Positions 51,001 to 57,756 of a stretch of 64,000 nucleotides of DNA are shown here, piece after piece (within the stretch, counting starts at the first letter, position 1; every line of letters begins with the position of its first letter). Under the pieces are notes generated by a model, which had not been told where the DNA came from, searched no databases, and was given only the letters and a program-made list of their open reading frames with translations. This DNA comes from a virus: the IMG/VR virus record IMGVR_UViG_3300043424_000514, positions 1 to 64,000 of that record. One strand, 5' to 3'. A program made the translations under genes and the position numbers.

Positions 51001-51057
51001 ATGCAAACCCGAATCTCAGACTACAACAAAGCGTATGCGGCGGCTCAAAGACCCTAA
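39091..51057 (+). CDS. giant polyvalent internal virion (ejection) protein, 3988 aa
   Basis: hydrophobic Gly-rich N-terminus, long coiled coils, zincin-like EEMDH, WGR-like domain, collagen linker, ART-like domain, LPD38-like C-terminus. Confidence 0.85.
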   Translation: MIIPYDQVEGYENYTPTLNEEEDKENLVPISSVPMKMREDLSLGEEFGRGFDRGLLQTKGLGLGLVGALGEAAGLDDVEEYGYTGAQEAMQAASAPELAGEVESIFDVGSPGDFMSYAAGLMGSQVPNLAISAVTGGVGGMVGKRAVSAAITEALEAKTAQLVGEGVAKEVAKRQAQVALSREMGVNMAEKLAAEKAAQIAATKTGIGVGTAVSGVGMEVGSIYSETRDLGLAVKYGVPAGLVEGIADRYFGGKIVDAIEGTSGTKGLKAAGKEFVKGIGVEGGEEGVQTALELQALEESGVEPGFELFSKEGAKRVTEGVAAGAVMGGGMATGVQGLKLGLTPLTQRALQDVETGLPPGTETPGTEQQDTTDEEKFYNFSPDAVTIDDGDDDPITARRFTIGTEKGWAIDNPTEEMQRRLVPLGNTGKVALVDGGKGYGDALKHILNNGGRVRNIDPSILDNEIADDDGEYVGLSSFTQDNKLAAGTGQQQGKVQGTDLEIDAEQRAFEDQLISKYGQLNNVLNATELLESTGAMPQGSFTGSEREALGGGLNQDERNAILAAVPSRELTKSKAQVERLIRETEEAAAKEGTTPELERRLNFLADVQGRIADFENLKTMQQTLGRKPLEGGAAGELSAGVSKTDPVEEKLAEWSRIVEERGKVDTEISSLQKLTAPSGGGSIFDALDAYEMMLSDSQKVSQEIAALKKAKADKNQIQAKMQELRNIEESARGLISESGNQDLFANEVRKQVVVEERNNSAAYKAWDALVQEADALQAERDTLVTEEDIKNFDESSKGKKLETIAQKIDKAYEQVVPTARLAEFYKNAAKVATAKRDEQRQVDQASQEQRLAAENNLKSATEKSRGLNTDVVYKTPDGNTVVGTLVPDPETGRALDQNGNLVIAPKSFEGSDKSDLVDTRTQYGDRFIRVPRENVLNIVPDKTVGVKTQAASQAKALGVENADQNSLAQNATAIAAKLNEQSEAREKELENSLEPVFTRDNKGKLVPSAVRRGETVGLRLEGREALHKTMYLPDGTTLVPTNAGIFRGVEGAGVDQRVVFDRYYVAKPKGAKAPTATNTVSLPVLRPGETLITLNDLSDEQKTSTGITRAKGGKWRTSELVSEDLWDNLYKAPKAAVFGTAKTPVGGVLAPTQKPTRSGTRMTQTPSVAETESGDLELQDVFTFEGDLTDAERILTTALGKFSATPTREELISAGFTPTNEKAEFEVARGKYALEEVQDVTIKDPLSGSGLDIPVKAGVFKDSKNPDAPAQVKLYAQFDLSKVYAAMEELEAKRKAPDTAQKNANIVRAEQSLAREVQDLQRLTLAQMNMGLDVRVREINGVPEAQFLSDYGFVASRNARASGNKGAFGNHIITEVTYNPNPDFKKGGDTFRRKAQSPRQTQQQAAATLTNTTLRGRGFDFKKTGLGSANQILGNFRRQMLDRAQEAKEKEAEAIESGSDLAARHAEALVKLTAFTRPMFERYAVPIRKHIEEAPGSTPEFKDRWRMQTELFLARELNKTQLRAMPDSVAAEMQKQIETKKRNADKIEPVRGKRRVKKKGKNYGQLVDDPYQSERQFKIRRREWQQKLDSEIAEIEEKFFRQMLPRATRGNTGVSEVNRLTKEIEDKKTAIRQSVAATKIKEKPSAEEIKKQISADSEVKKLTASFQQAKGDAAKKRWKTKLEARKAQIENNAIVERDPTEGEIETETRNRVQKDQDIYNLERKIEKLGEFTTAQDAMIDEFLGFIQAEAEKSGNQNQKALTENLRRLLARKEEAAKGGRKVFINVRKEVEKSESFADRQLQKQIKAEAKKLEATDERVKELKEKLKNAKPGNVLQLEKKLRLRKEALLEEAEYRLSKQGLFIGQNDQKAAESEELLDSAAKAMDSAQISGNDRMFEGAAQNFADRQQANEAEKFSDADRAIVEAFGKMMDEVKTLNIFGTTGRVKGILRQGFNEASKFKGAIEKQEFVDPQTGKAADAGSDLVQGMIRGQEDPLAFENYREPRKKDDAKRQEYLEDLAALKLRELAREANDKTKGDVDPNIVELALVKLFGGKFEGEVEGNYINETFEPLAKEYADVMEDFFAGTTARKEQQRIAEIEAARGKGERSTLTKEELEPLRKESSRISKIAFGVIENYLFNPNTKRTLSGKSLPTTEKVSLGIPGAPLASAPGANGTDVAQSNKNATAQPDRNPTREGSKAAVQSFVQGYAGLTDSDMVGLDDREIDAIYQAATSKADADMAAGAVDSVVAATPGMNALLEMSGKDLMRGYLRELEAEQTRGDAETILRENLRRAATTKMFKSNTDFLEYVSKMPQGIKRAAALRAKEFLKLNEQRGFNWNKIATQIAAFGKDGKQATWAGLLGTDMETGGHAIFLNLDQIHEGDIVETMLEEMDHALTHRIINAEAFGMKLNSVQQSARDRLRTDFKRAVLKAGEGMTELAEGARGLTPEQKVAFYSNAFKDMVAESPDQFRAYYNLTNLDEFVVGIKKDGSFIDLLKELGFSEKAEGGFSISQLLKDIFTSLAELVTGRRLDANSELARAFSDAWTLSTGRDAKQWTVPPTQLSMALGVEAASTSKATGSNETVRMRKDGGTAVYNAYLQQNEDGSWSVFGEFGDPTRKLQRAEKSKGKLDYEQAKAVFDKTVEAKSKKYSVIPEGPEGPQGPTGPNEGPQGPQGPQGPQGPAVTPRAQRTPGEYGRSFLPQSAPGRRSNVTRFNELTADLQGRNLTQTDLDAWKNANPEKYAELEKMREDAIKSSASNNGQKVFGPLWHISSETGLSENRFDPNKIGSQTDSGYLARGFYFAGSEDEARNSVGLQTSRSGKAYRVFVGFKNPLEVTLQSNSVGNWQYNDANKSVIEQLAKIVTPQKWNEFLTKYNYSAEELKELGLRPPSEIKNRDLSFYNFSLNAYNELFNFLGIDGIVTKLKNGAPFEVVGLSTVKNPTFNPNQIKSAEPLNLENGRLIPPTEWAQPENPNILYSAPGRRSNVTRMLLGKKEGTTYTGKKVETGGWFASDALATDGVTAMFDRKTNRESFGKQQAEFYDKALGRALKKYEGQFNPKDVNDALGNIENPLTEAQAREIDELVATNQEADAAVLKNDYMEANRADFRRRQAEARKRLPEEVVKIIEEMRDTVDPLSSYADEKMGFSTAANQGIYLNRAYLIFGDEKTRELHQKQIRENPVVMENLKNYLSRQLAEQDAEALIRRATREGRILPREEALVQATANLSPTDLGAAIERVLNAGDKGVGSLFVSGRIPGQKNLKIFDARGNIAKEIQAAWGVVEDPGTNYANTVIKLANLVANDKFLQELKAAGLESGTLYDPRDPKNLNEEDGQRLADARSAALEADPTLAARSRFKPELLDRAMIAQDPVVASILEQAESKVPSKYVKLSSETNKSFAPVSGMYAEPLLFEWLTTKFPPRGEESWWMKALTQATLVPMAMKTVGSVTGQFRNYYSGYMSLLSNSNLRFWDPEWREDFKAAHRMTFGEIYRDVRGISTDATARKAMMKARERLSELGVTGQSVTMNFMQDLARLNSGKENGIVKGIDGLVQKFIQTYGASDDNFKIIHYFSELGKYRRAFPDMPQAQLEEKAAAIARGIHQTYGDTYSAVKSLKKVPFIAPFISFTSEVIRNTIYSGRLAWNEVKEGRATGNRELERIGLQRFAGMSIAGFGTFALTSISASLVGISGEEEREFRKLLPEWQRNSQLLFTGKENGKIRFADFSFSDPLSYLKTPAIAFSREIWSGDERSFNEKVGKGILNAMQTLASPFVSEQLFSGSLMQLYSNKDGSGREIVNWQDDPAAIAGAVGGHLIQPFLPGTFDSLGRIGKAFTGYVSPSGRSYDKGNEIMSFFGARISEVDVRQSLGFKTKAFMQNYREAAELFTGPFLSRGTQDSESIVEGYESANSAVQRLFGELRGIYLGAVRLGVPQREVLSILKANGLSEENLAMLRSGKFKPYQASKQAITKNREAGMQTRISDYNKAYAAAQRP
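47197..48054 (+). repeat. 33-bp perfect direct repeat flanking ART-like domain
   Basis: TCCGCCCCAGGGCGGCGGTCGAATGTGACCAGG at 47197-47229 and 48022-48054. Confidence 0.95.
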
Positions 51058-51259
51058 CCTATGGCCCCCTGGGGGCTGGCAATTTGAAGAACTTTGCACC
51101 GGCTGTAAGTTCCGCGGCAACTCGCTGGCCGACCTAGCCGAGAAGGTGCGCCTCCACAGGGAATCCAACGCCCTAGGGCGGGAGGACCTGGCGCTGGAGG
51201 ACATCCAAGAACAGATCATCCTGCGAGCGCCGGAAGAATTCGACGGCTGGGAGGAGTAG
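51035..51259 (+). CDS. hypothetical protein
   Basis: 74 aa, PPGGWQF motif, overlaps end of giant gene. Confidence 0.65.
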   Translation: MRRLKDPNLWPPGGWQFEELCTGCKFRGNSLADLAEKVRLHRESNALGREDLALEDIQEQIILRAPEEFDGWEE

Positions 51260-51302
51260 TTCTTAATTGAACGATCAGGGGGTTCAGGTGTCTAATACCC
51301 CC

Positions 51303-51764
51303 ATGAAAAAACTTGCTTTGATTCTTGGGCTCTTGGCTGCACCTGCTCTCCATGCGGACGATGACGCGGTGGCGACGGCGGTGAACGGAAACACCTTCTT
51401 CTCCAGCGGAGAGTCGGCAACGACTGTGGGAAAGAATACTTTTTTCTCGGACGGGGAGAGCGCCACGACAGTCGGGAAGAACACTTTTTATTCGGATGGC
51501 GAGACAGCCACGGTAGTCGGGAAGAATACCTTTTATTCGGACGGGGTGACTGCGACAACCGTGGGAAAGAATACTTTTTATTCGGACGGCACGGTGGCGA
51601 CTCAAGTGGGCAAGAACACCTTCGTCGATAGCGACGATGAGGAGGGGGCCGAGCGGGCGCTCAAGGCGGTGGCGATCCCGAGCGCGATCGAGTCCAATGA
51701 GGATTCATACAAAGGATACGAGGGGTTCAAGGGATACGAGGGTTATTCCTACGACGAAGAGTAA
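51303..51764 (+). CDS. secreted tandem-repeat protein
   Basis: signal peptide MKKLALILGLLAAPALHA; six 15-16-aa repeats ATTVGKNTFYSDG. Confidence 0.8.
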   Translation: MKKLALILGLLAAPALHADDDAVATAVNGNTFFSSGESATTVGKNTFFSDGESATTVGKNTFYSDGETATVVGKNTFYSDGVTATTVGKNTFYSDGTVATQVGKNTFVDSDDEEGAERALKAVAIPSAIESNEDSYKGYEGFKGYEGYSYDEE

Positions 51765-52020
51765 AAGACGGCAGGGACGAGTTCGCGACCTCTTTTCAGG
51801 TGTGGGCTTTCGGGAGTCTAGGGTGCTCATGCACCGCCCATCCCGCCATGTTCCTTCACGCCGCAAGGACGGAGAGGGATTACGCTGGCCGTAAATTAAA
51901 CACCTGCCTGCCGAAAAATATAGGGGGTGCCGCCCTTCCGTGGTTAGAGGTTCTGCGGGCGGCTTGCAGTATAGAAAGCGGGGTAACATGAAAGACACAA
52001 AACCCCCTCCCTCAAGACAC

Positions 52021-52551
52021 TCACGGCTTGTCTGTTTCTTCAAACACTGCGTCAATTTCACTGAGCGAGCGTCGTTTGTAAAGTTTGGCTTCCGAGTTCA
52101 AAAAATCAATATCTGACAGAACTGCGATGTTGACCGCGTTTGCGTTGGTCTGCTTCTCATCGAGGCCCGTGGCTCGACGCCCCATGTCCGCAGCCGTCTT
52201 CACTTTCTCAACCTTGAGAAGAAGGTCTTCCTCGGTCATTAGCTCAGTGAACTCCAAAATTCGATTGGCCGCGGTGTATTCCCGTTCGCGAATCTGATCG
52301 GCGCGTTCTTTCCACATCGCCTCATTCGCCTCGACGGCGTTCTGTTTAAGCTGTTTCTCGACCTTCTTGATAACCCGAGGCGACAGTTCTTTGCCCAGCC
52401 AGTTCTGCCGGTAAGCGCGGGTTTTAATAGTGCCCTGCGGAACCTTGAACTTCTTGGAAAGCTCTTTGAAAGTCGTTCCGGCAATAAACATTCCCTTGAT
52501 TGTCTTCCAATCAATCGCGTCCCTGCCCGTCAATGGGTCTTTCTTGGGCAT
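52021..52551 (-). CDS. terS: terminase small subunit-like protein
   Basis: DWKTIK..F.AG.TFKELSKKFKVPQGTIKTRAYRQNW HTH typical of TerS; helical middle, GLD motif. Confidence 0.65.
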   Translation of the reverse strand: MPKKDPLTGRDAIDWKTIKGMFIAGTTFKELSKKFKVPQGTIKTRAYRQNWLGKELSPRVIKKVEKQLKQNAVEANEAMWKERADQIREREYTAANRILEFTELMTEEDLLLKVEKVKTAADMGRRATGLDEKQTNANAVNIAVLSDIDFLNSEAKLYKRRSLSEIDAVFEETDKP

Positions 52552-52552
52552 A

Positions 52553-52798
52553 TTAAGGAATTATGATAGACCTTTTCTCCTCGGGCTCGGCCTTTAACTC
52601 CTCGCGTTGCTTGGATATAAAAGCCTCCATCGTCGTCTCAACGATGGCTTGGCATTCGGGGTTGCTCTCGATGGCGTTGAGCAGGAAAGCGTGTTGCACG
52701 AAGAGGCGGCGCAGGAAGTCGCGGTCTTCGTTGTCGTTGCCCTTGGGGTCAACGGCGTTGAGGTGGTTGGCGACGGCTTCGAGGAGATAGCTTTTCAT
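52553..52798 (-). CDS. hypothetical protein
   Basis: 81 aa, coupled to neighbours. Confidence 0.65.
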   Translation of the reverse strand: MKSYLLEAVANHLNAVDPKGNDNEDRDFLRRLFVQHAFLLNAIESNPECQAIVETTMEAFISKQREELKAEPEEKRSIIIP

Positions 52799-52977
52799 TT
52801 GATGGTCTTGCCCACGCTGGGCAGAGCTTTGACTTTATTGATAATCAGGTTGCGGACTTCGCGGTCCAGTTGCTCCAAGAACTCCTTGGAGACTCGTTCA
52901 AAGGGGTGGGCGGGGCGATGGGTCTTGGCGGCTTCGAGTGTGAAGTCGCGGCAGTTTTTTTGATTGATGTATTTCAC
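52795..52977 (-). CDS. histone-fold-like small protein
   Basis: helix - ERVSKEFLEQLDREVRNLIINKVKAL - GKTIK pattern. Confidence 0.5.
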   Translation of the reverse strand: MKYINQKNCRDFTLEAAKTHRPAHPFERVSKEFLEQLDREVRNLIINKVKALPSVGKTIK

Positions 52978-53237
52978 CAGAGATTTTTACACGCCCAATA
53001 ACCTGCTTTGGTTTTGTCTTTCTTGTCCTTGCAGTTGTGTCGGGCGTGGAAGTTTTTTCTACGCTTTTCGTTGTGGTGCTGCGTGAAGTCGGACATCGAG
53101 CTATCGCCGAAGTGAACCACTTTGACATTGCCCTTGTCCGACTTCACGAACACGGATTTCTTTTTACCTGCGGGAGTTACCCCCGCGATCTTTCGAGGGG
53201 AGTTGAGCGTGACTTTCTTGCCTTTCCATGTAGCCAT
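52974..53237 (-). CDS. basic DUF5754-like protein
   Basis: KVVHFGD..M.DFT.H...RRKNFHARH.C....AGYW. Confidence 0.65.
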   Translation of the reverse strand: MATWKGKKVTLNSPRKIAGVTPAGKKKSVFVKSDKGNVKVVHFGDSSMSDFTQHHNEKRRKNFHARHNCKDKKDKTKAGYWACKNLW

Positions 53238-53274
53238 GGGAGCAAGGTTGCACGGTTAATAATCTGATGCAACA

Positions 53275-53469
53275 TCAGAACGAGGCGCGGCGCAAAGGTT
53301 GTTGAACCGGCACCACGACGCCCCGATCCGTTACCTGATACACTACCTGGCTGGAGGGGCTAACGCTCTTGGGCGTTGATGACTTGCGGCAACCGCCACC
53401 AGCGGTGCAAAAGATTATGATTGGTGCGGACAAAACAATAAGTGCGGTGAATAGTCTTTCAGTAAACAT
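53275..53469 (-). CDS. small membrane/secreted protein
   Basis: hydrophobic N-terminus; preceded by conserved spacer. Confidence 0.6.
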   Translation of the reverse strand: MFTERLFTALIVLSAPIIIFCTAGGGCRKSSTPKSVSPSSQVVYQVTDRGVVVPVQQPLRRASF

Positions 53470-53505
53470 AAGGTTAGTTTCTTTCTATGGTTGGTTGTTG
53501 GGTTA

Positions 53506-53988
53506 TTATCTCTGCTCCTCAAGCCACTCGGCGATGTTGTCGTAGTAGGCCCAATGCAGCAGGGAAATGGCTTGATCCTCCTCCAAGGCGGAGGGGAGGG
53601 GAGCGCATCGGCGCTCGCTCTGGGAGAGCAAAGCGTGGGTGAGAGCAGGGATCATTTCCCTCCACTGGAAAGGAAAGAGCCGGTGCATCACCGTCGCAAC
53701 GAATCGGTCGGCCAGAACGAACGCATCAGCAAAATGCCTTGCGTCAGCGCCCCAGTGGGAACGATCCGCGCTCCAGTCAATCGTGGGGTAATCCTCCTCG
53801 AACGCCTCGTCCCCAAAGATCAGGCGGAAGGCGGCTTCCCACTCTCGGGTGTGGGCGACCCATGCACCAAGTTCAACCAGCAGGCCCTCGATCTTGGGGT
53901 CCCCTGGAGCTTGGAATCTTGGCTGCACCCTGGGGGTGTTGCGGTTGATGTGGTAGTAGGCTTCGGTTGGTAGGCAGGTTTGTGTCAT
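53506..53988 (-). CDS. hypothetical protein
   Basis: start MTQTCL at 53988 after SD GAAAGGA. Confidence 0.7.
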   Translation of the reverse strand: MTQTCLPTEAYYHINRNTPRVQPRFQAPGDPKIEGLLVELGAWVAHTREWEAAFRLIFGDEAFEEDYPTIDWSADRSHWGADARHFADAFVLADRFVATVMHRLFPFQWREMIPALTHALLSQSERRCAPLPSALEEDQAISLLHWAYYDNIAEWLEEQR

Positions 53989-54025
53989 GTGGTTCCTTTC
54001 GGTTGTGTGTTTTGTTGTTGGGTTA

Positions 54026-54292
54026 TTACGATTCGGCATGAGTCATAACCGTTGTGCAGAGGCCGTCCTCGGCGCAGTTTTCGGTGATGATCCAGATTGC
54101 TCCGAGGGGAGTATCGAAACAAGAAACGGCGCGGTCGGGATCGACGGGGCCTTCCACGCATCCCCTGTCACCCCGCCAGTGGCGGTCGATGTAGAGGTGG
54201 GCGAGCAGGCCGTCTTCGACGAGTTGGTGGGCCGCTTCGGTGAAGCGCATCATCCCCAAATCGAATTGTGGTTCTCCGAGTATGTCAGTCAT
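54026..54292 (-). CDS. conserved plasmid/phage hypothetical protein
   Basis: RHWRGD.G...IWIITE...TTV pattern. Confidence 0.65.
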   Translation of the reverse strand: MTDILGEPQFDLGMMRFTEAAHQLVEDGLLAHLYIDRHWRGDRGCVEGPVDPDRAVSCFDTPLGAIWIITENCAEDGLCTTVMTHAES

Positions 54293-54603
54293 GGCAGATG
54301 GTCCTTGTGGATCAGCAGAGCGGTTCCGAAGAACTCATGCTCCCCCGCCAGCACGACCGCCAGCAGGTTCTCCTCGCCGATCTTGTTGGCGTCCGCCACT
54401 ACGACATAGTCCTCGACCCGATACTGCGGGCCGCTTCCGTCCTCCTCCAAAGAAAAGAACGGGCCGCTCCCGTCGTCCGTCACAGGAGCCGTGATCCGCA
54501 CGGGCCCGACATAGGAGCAAAGCTCCTCCTCGGTGAACCTCCCGTTTTCGGGGGAGATGTCCTCGATTGTCGCATCGGTGTATAGTATTTTTGATATGGT
54601 CAT
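54289..54603 (-). CDS. DUF3846-like hypothetical protein
   Basis: ISPENGRFTEEELCSYVG...GTALL. Confidence 0.55.
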   Translation of the reverse strand: MTISKILYTDATIEDISPENGRFTEEELCSYVGPVRITAPVTDDGSGPFFSLEEDGSGPQYRVEDYVVVADANKIGEENLLAVVLAGEHEFFGTALLIHKDHLP

Positions 54604-54647
54604 GGTTGAGTTTAGACATGGGTTGTGTCGTTTCGTTCAATAAAAAA

Positions 54648-56261
54648 TTATGCTTTTACTGAACGCAACAACCTCACAAGCGCATCGGCCAGCCCCCACA
54701 GGCTTTCGCGGCTGATGTAATAATCGAAGTGCTCCTTCAAGTTCTTCGTCCGGTCGATGGAAGAACAGCACAGGCCGAGGGTTTGCAGCCCCCGCTCGCG
54801 CAGCGCAGCGCGGTCGATCGGGTTATCGGTGATCTCGCCGTCGGTGTAGATGATGGCGAGCCTGTCCTTGGACACCTCGTCGAAGCAGTTCTTCGAGGTC
54901 TTGCGGTGGGCGGGGCTGGGGCTCAAGGCCAGACCGAACCCCTCGGCTGAACTCCAACCGCGGGCCAACTGCGCTTGCGCGTAGCTCTTGATGGGCAACT
55001 CCGTCTTGTAGTTCACGCCGCCCTCGGAGCAGAAGTAGGCCGTGCATTTGATCTTCTTCTTGCCTGCGAGGATCGACAGCGCCATGAGCAAGACGCGGCC
55101 TGCACGATCGGTCGGGAGCGAGGTCGTCTTCTCCCGATCAACGAAGCAGTTGTAATACGCCATCGAGCCCGAGCAGTCGATGAGCAAAGACAAATGCGGG
55201 ACGCCGTTGTTGCCGATGACCTTGCCGATGTAGGGCAGGTCGTAGCATTTGCGGAGGATCGCCCGCAGGTTGAGCTTGGAGGTCGGTCGGCTGGTCGCCC
55301 CCTTGGTGGTGCCCACCCCCTTGAAGGCGGTGGCAAGCATTCGGGCGAGGCGGACGGCGAGGTAGTGCTCCCGCTTCTGGTCGTCTCCACTGACGCCTGA
55401 CAGCGACTCTTCCTCGGAGAGGGAGGACAGGGTTCCGTGGGCCTTCATCTCCTCCCCTTTGCTGGTGCCTGTCGTCTCGCCTTCCTCGTCGCCTGGCTTC
55501 TTGGGGACATGGAGCACGGCTTCACCGCAAGCAGTCATAGCGTCCTTGAGGTCGCCGGTGCCGAGCCCGCCCGCTTTCTCGATCGAGTCGTCGCTGGTGC
55601 GAGGGAACTCTTTGAGCCAGTCGATTAGCACGGGGATCAAATTCTCGGTGCTAGAAGTCCTGCGAATGCGGTTGAAGTATTTCAAAACCGTATCGAAGAA
55701 CGGTAGCACTCGGAAGGTCGCCTGAAACTTTCGGGACAACTTGCGGGAGAATCCCGAGCAGTCGTTCTTCATCCAGTAGAGCAGCGCCGAGGGTGTGACT
55801 TTCGAGATGTCCTCGGGATACTTCTCCCAAGTCATCCACTTGAAGGCCCGCCTGCGGAGGCGGGACCAGATGGTCTCGATGCGGATGTCCTCGAAGAGGT
55901 TCATCAAACGCCAAGGGATGTTGTGTTTCTTGAGCGCATCGTTGAGTTCCTTGAGGTTCTTGGTGGTGAAGCGGGAGTGCGCCGCCTCGTGCTCATAGAC
56001 CTCGGTGAACAGCTTGGGCACCGACCGGCGAACGCCGCTCCCTAGGGAGGGGGTGGCGATCGTATCGTAGGCCAGAGGCGAGATCATAATCTCATGCTTC
56101 TTGGTGTCGTGGTTGTAGGTCCAGCACCCCGTCTTGCAGGGGTGGGACGGCGGGAGAACTCCGAGCGAGTAAGCCTCGGTCAGGGTTCCCTTGGAGCGGA
56201 GCTTGATGTGAGCCGCTTCGACGAGCGAGCGGATGTGTGTGGTCAGTTTGATCTTGGACAT
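54648..56261 (-). CDS. CobT-like VWA protein with N-terminal HExxH domain
   Basis: HEAAH, NLFEDIRIE, MIDAS DCSGS, YTDGE. Confidence 0.85.
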   Translation of the reverse strand: MSKIKLTTHIRSLVEAAHIKLRSKGTLTEAYSLGVLPPSHPCKTGCWTYNHDTKKHEIMISPLAYDTIATPSLGSGVRRSVPKLFTEVYEHEAAHSRFTTKNLKELNDALKKHNIPWRLMNLFEDIRIETIWSRLRRRAFKWMTWEKYPEDISKVTPSALLYWMKNDCSGFSRKLSRKFQATFRVLPFFDTVLKYFNRIRRTSSTENLIPVLIDWLKEFPRTSDDSIEKAGGLGTGDLKDAMTACGEAVLHVPKKPGDEEGETTGTSKGEEMKAHGTLSSLSEEESLSGVSGDDQKREHYLAVRLARMLATAFKGVGTTKGATSRPTSKLNLRAILRKCYDLPYIGKVIGNNGVPHLSLLIDCSGSMAYYNCFVDREKTTSLPTDRAGRVLLMALSILAGKKKIKCTAYFCSEGGVNYKTELPIKSYAQAQLARGWSSAEGFGLALSPSPAHRKTSKNCFDEVSKDRLAIIYTDGEITDNPIDRAALRERGLQTLGLCCSSIDRTKNLKEHFDYYISRESLWGLADALVRLLRSVKA

Positions 56262-56295
56262 GGTTGTGTTTCCTTTCTTGTTGGTTGTTTGGTTA

Positions 56296-57717
56296 TTACT
56301 TGGCGGACGGGCCGAACGCTTTGGCGAGGGCTTCGTTCACCTTCTTGACTTGCTCGGTTTCGGGCAGGCCCTCGATCGTCTCGGCGACCCAGATGTTCAT
56401 ACCCAGCAGGCGCAGGGATGTCGGGACATCGGCCTCGTCGATCGCATACAGCAATGCTTCGGAGAGGATGCGAGTGGTGGGGCGCACCTCGATGAAGCTA
56501 TCGGCGGCAAGCACGCCGCACTCTTTCCAGAAGGCGATGATCTTATCGACCACGGCGGGGGTGAACCCTTTCGCCTTGGCCGCAGCCGACAGGACAGCAC
56601 GCAGCTTGGCCTCCTCGACCTCGACATGGACGATGACGAAGCGTTCTTTGCCAGCAGGGCAGTCGGCATTGACATCGAACTTCGCGCCGACATTGGTGGT
56701 GGCGGCGACGGCGAGGTTCTCCTTGGGGCACAGGATTTCCTCGGTGCTCTCGACGCCGGTGACGGGATCGACAATCGGGCGACCCGTGTTGAGTGCGTAG
56801 TAGAGCTTGCCGTCGATCTCACGGGCGCTGAACGGGGTCAGCAACGACTGGCGGGCGGCACCTTGGGCGCGGTAGATTTCGTCAAGCAGAACGAATACCT
56901 TCTTGCCCGCGGCGGCGAGTCGCCATGCACGGGTGAGCGGGCCGTCCACCCAATCGGTCTTGGCTGTGCCGAAGCCGAACATATCCGACGGCATCGTCTC
57001 AGGCTGGAAGCCGAACTCGATGTAGGCATCGAACTTCTTGCCCCATGCACGAGCGCCGTAGGTCTTGCCACTGCCCTGCCCGCCCTTGATGAGCACCGGC
57101 TTGAGGGCGGCACCAGGCTGGCAGAATCTCTCGAAGCACAGGGTTGTCGTGTCTTCGCTTGTCGGCGCAGTTGTGATCCCTAGGACAGGGGCAATCACGG
57201 CGGTAACGGCGGAGTTGCCCCGCTCGATGGCGTCTTTGACGAGGTCGGTCAACTCGTCGAGCTTGTTGTTGCGCTTTGCCAGCGAGTCGGACATGACGCG
57301 GTGCCCTTCCTTCAAAGCCTCGATGTCGGGGAGCAGGGTCGGAGGTAGCTCCACTGCGGCAGGCGAGTGCGCCTTCATCTCCACGCGGACCGAGAGTTCG
57401 TCGATTGCTTCAGCGAAGGTGGTGCTGGCCGACTCGATGCGGGAGGTCAACTCGTCAAGCTGCGGTTGCACTGCGGCCTTGAGGGCGGCGGCAAGCAAGG
57501 CGGTCTCTCCCCCTGTGGGCGAGGTAGGGGCTGACGCGCCGAAGGTGCGGGCCTTGGCCTCGTCGCCTGTGATCTCCCCCTTGAGGTAGGCTTTGAGGAT
57601 TCCGCTATTGGCGGTGCTCACCCAAGTTCCGGTGGCGGTGGCTTTCACAGCCTTGCGGGCTTCGGTGTAGCCGAGGGCGTCGATTTGTGCGGTGGTGAGT
57701 GTCGTTAGCTTTGTCAT
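56296..57717 (-). CDS. MoxR/CbbQ/CobS-like AAA+ ATPase
   Basis: GGQGSGKT, WVDGPL, LLDEIYR, ATTN, ERF. Confidence 0.88.
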   Translation of the reverse strand: MTKLTTLTTAQIDALGYTEARKAVKATATGTWVSTANSGILKAYLKGEITGDEAKARTFGASAPTSPTGGETALLAAALKAAVQPQLDELTSRIESASTTFAEAIDELSVRVEMKAHSPAAVELPPTLLPDIEALKEGHRVMSDSLAKRNNKLDELTDLVKDAIERGNSAVTAVIAPVLGITTAPTSEDTTTLCFERFCQPGAALKPVLIKGGQGSGKTYGARAWGKKFDAYIEFGFQPETMPSDMFGFGTAKTDWVDGPLTRAWRLAAAGKKVFVLLDEIYRAQGAARQSLLTPFSAREIDGKLYYALNTGRPIVDPVTGVESTEEILCPKENLAVAATTNVGAKFDVNADCPAGKERFVIVHVEVEEAKLRAVLSAAAKAKGFTPAVVDKIIAFWKECGVLAADSFIEVRPTTRILSEALLYAIDEADVPTSLRLLGMNIWVAETIEGLPETEQVKKVNEALAKAFGPSAK

Positions 57718-57756
57718 GTTGTTGGTCTTTCTATTGTTGGTTTGGTTGTTTGGTTA

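Noticed and set aside
39091-51057. Virion RNA polymerase (N4-like) in the giant ORF
   Set aside because: No recognisable RNA polymerase catalytic motifs seen
51375-51625. 45-bp tandem repeats as CRISPR
   Set aside because: Contiguous, in-frame coding repeats with synonymous variation and no unique spacers
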